Assembly (NCBI GenBank): GCA_016218805.1
Contig: JACRCW010000039.1
Span: forward strand, 1 to 64,000
Length of the DNA: 64,000 nt
Reading direction: 5' to 3'
From: Deltaproteobacteria bacterium
GTDB lineage: Bacteria > Myxococcota > JACRCW01
Shown here in pieces: positions 60,382-64,000 of this stretch. A program made the translations under genes and the position numbers. The notes beneath the pieces were generated by a model. It saw only the letters and a list, made by a program, of their open reading frames with translations. It had not been told where the DNA came from and did no database searches. Numbering within the stretch: position 1 is the stretch's first letter; every line of letters starts with the position of its first letter.

Positions 60382-62649
60382 TTACGCCATGCCGGCCAGG
60401 ATGCGCTGGATCAGCTGGCGCAGCACCTGGGCGGCGTTGACGTGGGGCGCGGCGTCCGGGAGGTGCGCCTGCACGGTGGCCAGGTAGTCCACCAAATCGG
60501 AGGTCGCCGTTTCATAGTGGCGCGCGGCCACGCGCAGGCCGTTGAGCTCCACCAGCACCGCCTGCGGCACCGGTGAGGACCGCGCCAGCTGTTCCTTGAG
60601 GTCGGCAACCGTCGCCTGCAGGCGCTGCTCGGCGGCGGCCTTTTCGTCACGGGCGGCGGTCAGCTGCCCCGTCAGCTCCGCGGTCCGGGCGTCCATGGCC
60701 GCCAGCTGCACGCGCAGCTTGGCGAGTTCCTCAATCCACCCGTGCGTCCCCCCGGGGTTGGCGGCACTGAGCACGTCCCGCGCCGTGGACAGTTCCGCGG
60801 ACAGCGCCTTGACGCGCTCCAGCTGCCGGTCCGCTTCCGCCAGCGCCTTGCGCACCAGCCCCTCCGCCTGGTCCGCCCGTCCCACCGCGGCGCGCGCCGC
60901 GCTCTGGGCGGACGCCTGGGTGTCCTCCGCGTCACGCACGCGGGATTTCATGATGCGCACGTCCTGTTCCGCCAGCGCCACCCGGTCCCGAAGTCCCTCC
61001 GCCTCCAGCCGCGCGCGGTCCAGCGCATCGCGTTCGGCGTCGCGCTCGGACTCGCGCTCGCGGACCTGCACCTCCAGGGACTCCGAGCGCTCCTGGAGCG
61101 CCTGCAGGCTGCCCTGCAGTTCCGCCACGCGCGCCTCGGCCACCTCCGCCCGCCCGCGCTCCGCCGTCGCTGCCGCGGCCTCCGGCTCAGCGGACAGCAG
61201 GCGGCCGCGCAGTTCCTCCGCCTCGCCGCTGGCCAGCTTGCCCAGCCGCTCCGCCTCCGTCACCCGCGCGGGCAGGCGCGCCAGGGTCACCTTGAGCTGC
61301 GCGCACTCCTTGACCGTCTCCGCCAGCTGCTGCTGCAGGCGCTGCGTGTCCTTCTCCCGGCGGGACAGGTCCGTCCCCACGCGGGCAAACCGCGCTTCCG
61401 TCTCTTCCACGCGTTCCTCGGCCTGCTGCGCGCGCCGCTCCGCCTCCCGCGCGCGCTCCTCGGCCACCCCCAGCGCCTGCTCCGCGCGCTGCGCGCGCTG
61501 GGACGCCGCCTCCGCCGCGGCGCGCGCATCCCGCACCTCCACCCGCACCGCGTGCAGCTGCCCCGCCGCCTCGTCCAGCCGCGCCTGCTGGTTGCGCGTG
61601 TCGTTCACCGCGGCGTCATGCGCCGCCTGCAGCACATCACGCTCACTGCGGGCGGTGTCCGCGTCCACGCGCGCGCGGTCCAGCGCCACCTTGAGTTGCG
61701 CCACCTCCGCGCCGGCCGCCGCCATCCGCGCATCCGCCCCGCGTGACGCCGCTTCCGCGGACCCGCGTCCCTGGCGCGCGTCCGCCAGCTCCGCCTGGGC
61801 GCGCTCGTACTCCTTGGCCAGCCGCGCGGCCTCCGCGGCGGACCGCTGGCCGGCGGCCTCCGTCTCCGCCAGGCGCACGTTCCACGCCTTCTCGCGCTTC
61901 TGCAGCTCGTGCTGGGCGGCGGCCAGCTTGCGCTCCGCCTCGTCCAGGCGCGGTTGCAGGCCACCGGAACGCCCCGCCTGTTCCTTCAGCGCCTCCCCAA
62001 AGCGCCGGCGGAGCTGGCGGATGGCAAACCCCACCTGCTGCGGGTGGTGGAACGGCAGCAGCGAGGTGAGCAACAGGTCCAGCGCAGCGGCATCCGGCGC
62101 GCGCCCCACCAGGACGTCGTCCGCGCCGGCCTCGGTGAACGCCGCCACCGCCTCCGCGTTCCCGGCGGGTTGGACCACCACGCACGGGGTGTCCGCGTAC
62201 TTCTGCCGCGCCACCTGCAGCAGGTTGGTTGCCCAGCCGGGCTGGGGTCCCACCACCAGGAACAGCACCAGGTTGCGGCCGGCCTTCAACTCGTCCACCG
62301 CCGCAGCCGCGGTCTGCACCACCGTGGGCACCGCGCCCGCGTGCCCCAGCAGCTCATCCAGCTTCAGGCCCGGGACCTGGCCGGGGTCCACCACCAGGAC
62401 GTTGGGCCGGCGCAGTGACGGGGTCTCCGTCGTCACCACCTCGGGAGAGGAGGCAAAGACGTCCGGTTCCTCGGCAGGCGGTGCGGAGACGCTGATCCGC
62501 GTGGACTCAACGTCGTCGGACGCAAAACCAGCGGCCACGGTCGGCTCGGGGCGCCGCGGGGTTGGCGTCACGCGCGTGTCAAGCTGCGTGGGAGCGCTGC
62601 GCGAGCCGCCCCCAGTGTCCCCACGCGGTGGCCGAGGGCTCCGTGCCAT
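60382..62649 (-). CDS. Pseudo-receiver domain plus long coiled coil (AglZ/FrzS-like architecture)
   Basis: NVLVVDP...AGADDVL REC-like fold lacking the acidic and Lys residues, then about 500 aa of heptad repeats. Confidence 0.75.
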   Translation of the reverse strand: MARSPRPPRGDTGGGSRSAPTQLDTRVTPTPRRPEPTVAAGFASDDVESTRISVSAPPAEEPDVFASSPEVVTTETPSLRRPNVLVVDPGQVPGLKLDELLGHAGAVPTVVQTAAAAVDELKAGRNLVLFLVVGPQPGWATNLLQVARQKYADTPCVVVQPAGNAEAVAAFTEAGADDVLVGRAPDAAALDLLLTSLLPFHHPQQVGFAIRQLRRRFGEALKEQAGRSGGLQPRLDEAERKLAAAQHELQKREKAWNVRLAETEAAGQRSAAEAARLAKEYERAQAELADARQGRGSAEAASRGADARMAAAGAEVAQLKVALDRARVDADTARSERDVLQAAHDAAVNDTRNQQARLDEAAGQLHAVRVEVRDARAAAEAASQRAQRAEQALGVAEERAREAERRAQQAEERVEETEARFARVGTDLSRREKDTQRLQQQLAETVKECAQLKVTLARLPARVTEAERLGKLASGEAEELRGRLLSAEPEAAAATAERGRAEVAEARVAELQGSLQALQERSESLEVQVRERESERDAERDALDRARLEAEGLRDRVALAEQDVRIMKSRVRDAEDTQASAQSAARAAVGRADQAEGLVRKALAEADRQLERVKALSAELSTARDVLSAANPGGTHGWIEELAKLRVQLAAMDARTAELTGQLTAARDEKAAAEQRLQATVADLKEQLARSSPVPQAVLVELNGLRVAARHYETATSDLVDYLATVQAHLPDAAPHVNAAQVLRQLIQRILAGMA

Positions 62650-62668
62650 AGGCGCCGCGCCTGGGGCG

Positions 62669-64000
62669 TCAGTGGTAGTAGAGGCCGTGCAACACGCGCG
62701 TCGTCACCCGTTCGCCCTCGCCGGTCTTCGGGTCAAACTTCATGGTCACGTACACGGTCTGGAAGTGCAGGTGCCCAAAGATGCTCAGCCCGCCGTCACC
62801 CCCCACCTGGATGGCCTCCGTGAAGTACCCGGTGAGCGCGAAGTGATACAGCCCGTCCCCTTCGCAACCTGCCGAGGAGAGATTCACCTGGGTGAAATCG
62901 CCTGGGGTTACGGACACCAGCGTCGAACCGTAGGCGCAAATGGCGTCACCGTTGGCGTCGCGGAAACCAACCACAATCTGGACGCTGTCCGACGGCCCCA
63001 CCACGAAGAAGTCGTTGCCGCCTGAATGGTCCGTGGTGGACATGCGGTCGCGGTAGGTGCCGATGAGCCCCTGGTAGATGAGAGAATCGTTCTCCTCGTC
63101 ACCATCCGGGATGGCGTGAACAAAGCTGTGGCCGCGGTCGTAAAGAACCACGTCCTCCATCGCGTTGCCACCGTTGATTTGCCCGTGACCGCGCAGGACC
63201 GCGCGGCTGTAATCCGGGAGGCCATTGACCACCGGCACCGGCACAGACCAGTCCACGGTGTCAAAATACGGGTAGCTGTTGGAGGCCAGTTCCAGGTTCT
63301 TCCAGATGAGCGTGTCCGTGTCGAACCGGCCGTTGGCGTCGTCCCACACGCCGTTGTCGTTGCCGTCAATGAACTGGTCCGTCTGCGCGATCCGCAGCTG
63401 CGCGCGCGCAAAGTCGTCGAAGGGTGCGCGCAGGTCACCGGCGATCACCTCGAACTCGACGTCCATGGACGCCACCGCCCCGCCGCCGGGGAGGGTCAGG
63501 GAGGCCAGCAACCAGGGCGCGGTACGCACCCAGGCTTTCCGGCCGCCGGTGGAGGTCAACTCCACGGAAGTGGTATCCGGAGCAACGTTGACCGCGCTGC
63601 CCGCCGTGGCGTCACCAGGCGCCTTGTACCGGAAACTACCGCGCGTGCCCCCGGTGGAGGACCAAGTCAGGACACCGCGCTCGTTCGACGTGCTGGTGAA
63701 GCCCCGACGCGCCGTCGGCGTGTCATCCTGGATCACCAGACCGTCCACGCCGGGCATCAGCACATAGCCATTGTCCGGGTTGCGCTCGCCCAGGACAAAA
63801 CTCTGGTCGTACACGGACTCCATGACCACGCTGCCGGCGGAACCGTTGATGCGCGCCGCAATCATGTTGGTGTCCCGGTAGCGCCAATGCGGGCACCAGT
63901 TCACGCGGTCCGTCTCCGGAGTCCGGCCGCCGGACGACAGCACGTCCTGGCAGTTCCATGTGCGGTCCCAATCCGGGCACCAGTGACGGCGGCATTCGGC
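62669..64000 (-). CDS. 3' part of a large hypothetical, probably extracellular protein (partial)
   Basis: Frame is open to the window edge (AECRRHWCPDWDRTWNCQDV...); beta-rich, with FIDGNDNGVWD. Confidence 0.65.
   Translation of the reverse strand, partial: AECRRHWCPDWDRTWNCQDVLSSGGRTPETDRVNWCPHWRYRDTNMIAARINGSAGSVVMESVYDQSFVLGERNPDNGYVLMPGVDGLVIQDDTPTARRGFTSTSNERGVLTWSSTGGTRGSFRYKAPGDATAGSAVNVAPDTTSVELTSTGGRKAWVRTAPWLLASLTLPGGGAVASMDVEFEVIAGDLRAPFDDFARAQLRIAQTDQFIDGNDNGVWDDANGRFDTDTLIWKNLELASNSYPYFDTVDWSVPVPVVNGLPDYSRAVLRGHGQINGGNAMEDVVLYDRGHSFVHAIPDGDEENDSLIYQGLIGTYRDRMSTTDHSGGNDFFVVGPSDSVQIVVGFRDANGDAICAYGSTLVSVTPGDFTQVNLSSAGCEGDGLYHFALTGYFTEAIQVGGDGGLSIFGHLHFQTVYVTMKFDPKTGEGERVTTRVLHGLYYH

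Noticed and set aside
1..64000. CRISPR array, tRNA or rRNA genes
   Set aside because: No regularly spaced repeat-spacer array or recognisable RNA gene was seen by eye; a covariance-model search was not possible.

Overview
A high-GC bacterial window. The gene content (MYXO-CTERM-like tail, DAG-repeat lipoproteins, DUF4388-type regulators, FHA-CpaF fusion) suggests Myxococcota, by inference. It begins with the 3' end of an ISAzo13-family transposase. A core-like backbone carries a PAS pseudokinase, a YyaL/SSP411 protein, a ComEC-like MBL hydrolase, an MFS transporter, XPB with its partner, an M16 peptidase pair, FHA-CpaF, PspA, DusB, a peroxiredoxin and a formyltransferase. Three accessory blocks stand out. 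(1) 11.3-18.9 kb: a BlaI repressor and a BlaR1/M56-type protease that has a His/Cys loop and no penicillin-binding sensor, followed by a CzcBAC-like RND efflux operon; two TACTAC-N5-GTAGKA operators are present. This is a candidate metal-sensing regulated-proteolysis system. (2) 19.5-23.6 kb: a CocE/NonD hydrolase gene bracketed by a duplicated, internally deleted copy of a neighbouring gene's 3' end. (3) 44.7-60 kb: an ECF sigma/anti-sigma operon and a fimT-pilV-pilW-pilX cluster with a giant Cys-rich PilX, no pilY1 and a YfhO glycosyltransferase; the two operons share an upstream promoter-like motif. By eye, TCGA is scarce in the backbone and abundant in blocks 1 and 2. No rRNA, tRNA or CRISPR array was seen. 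All calls come from reading motifs; no database searches were run.
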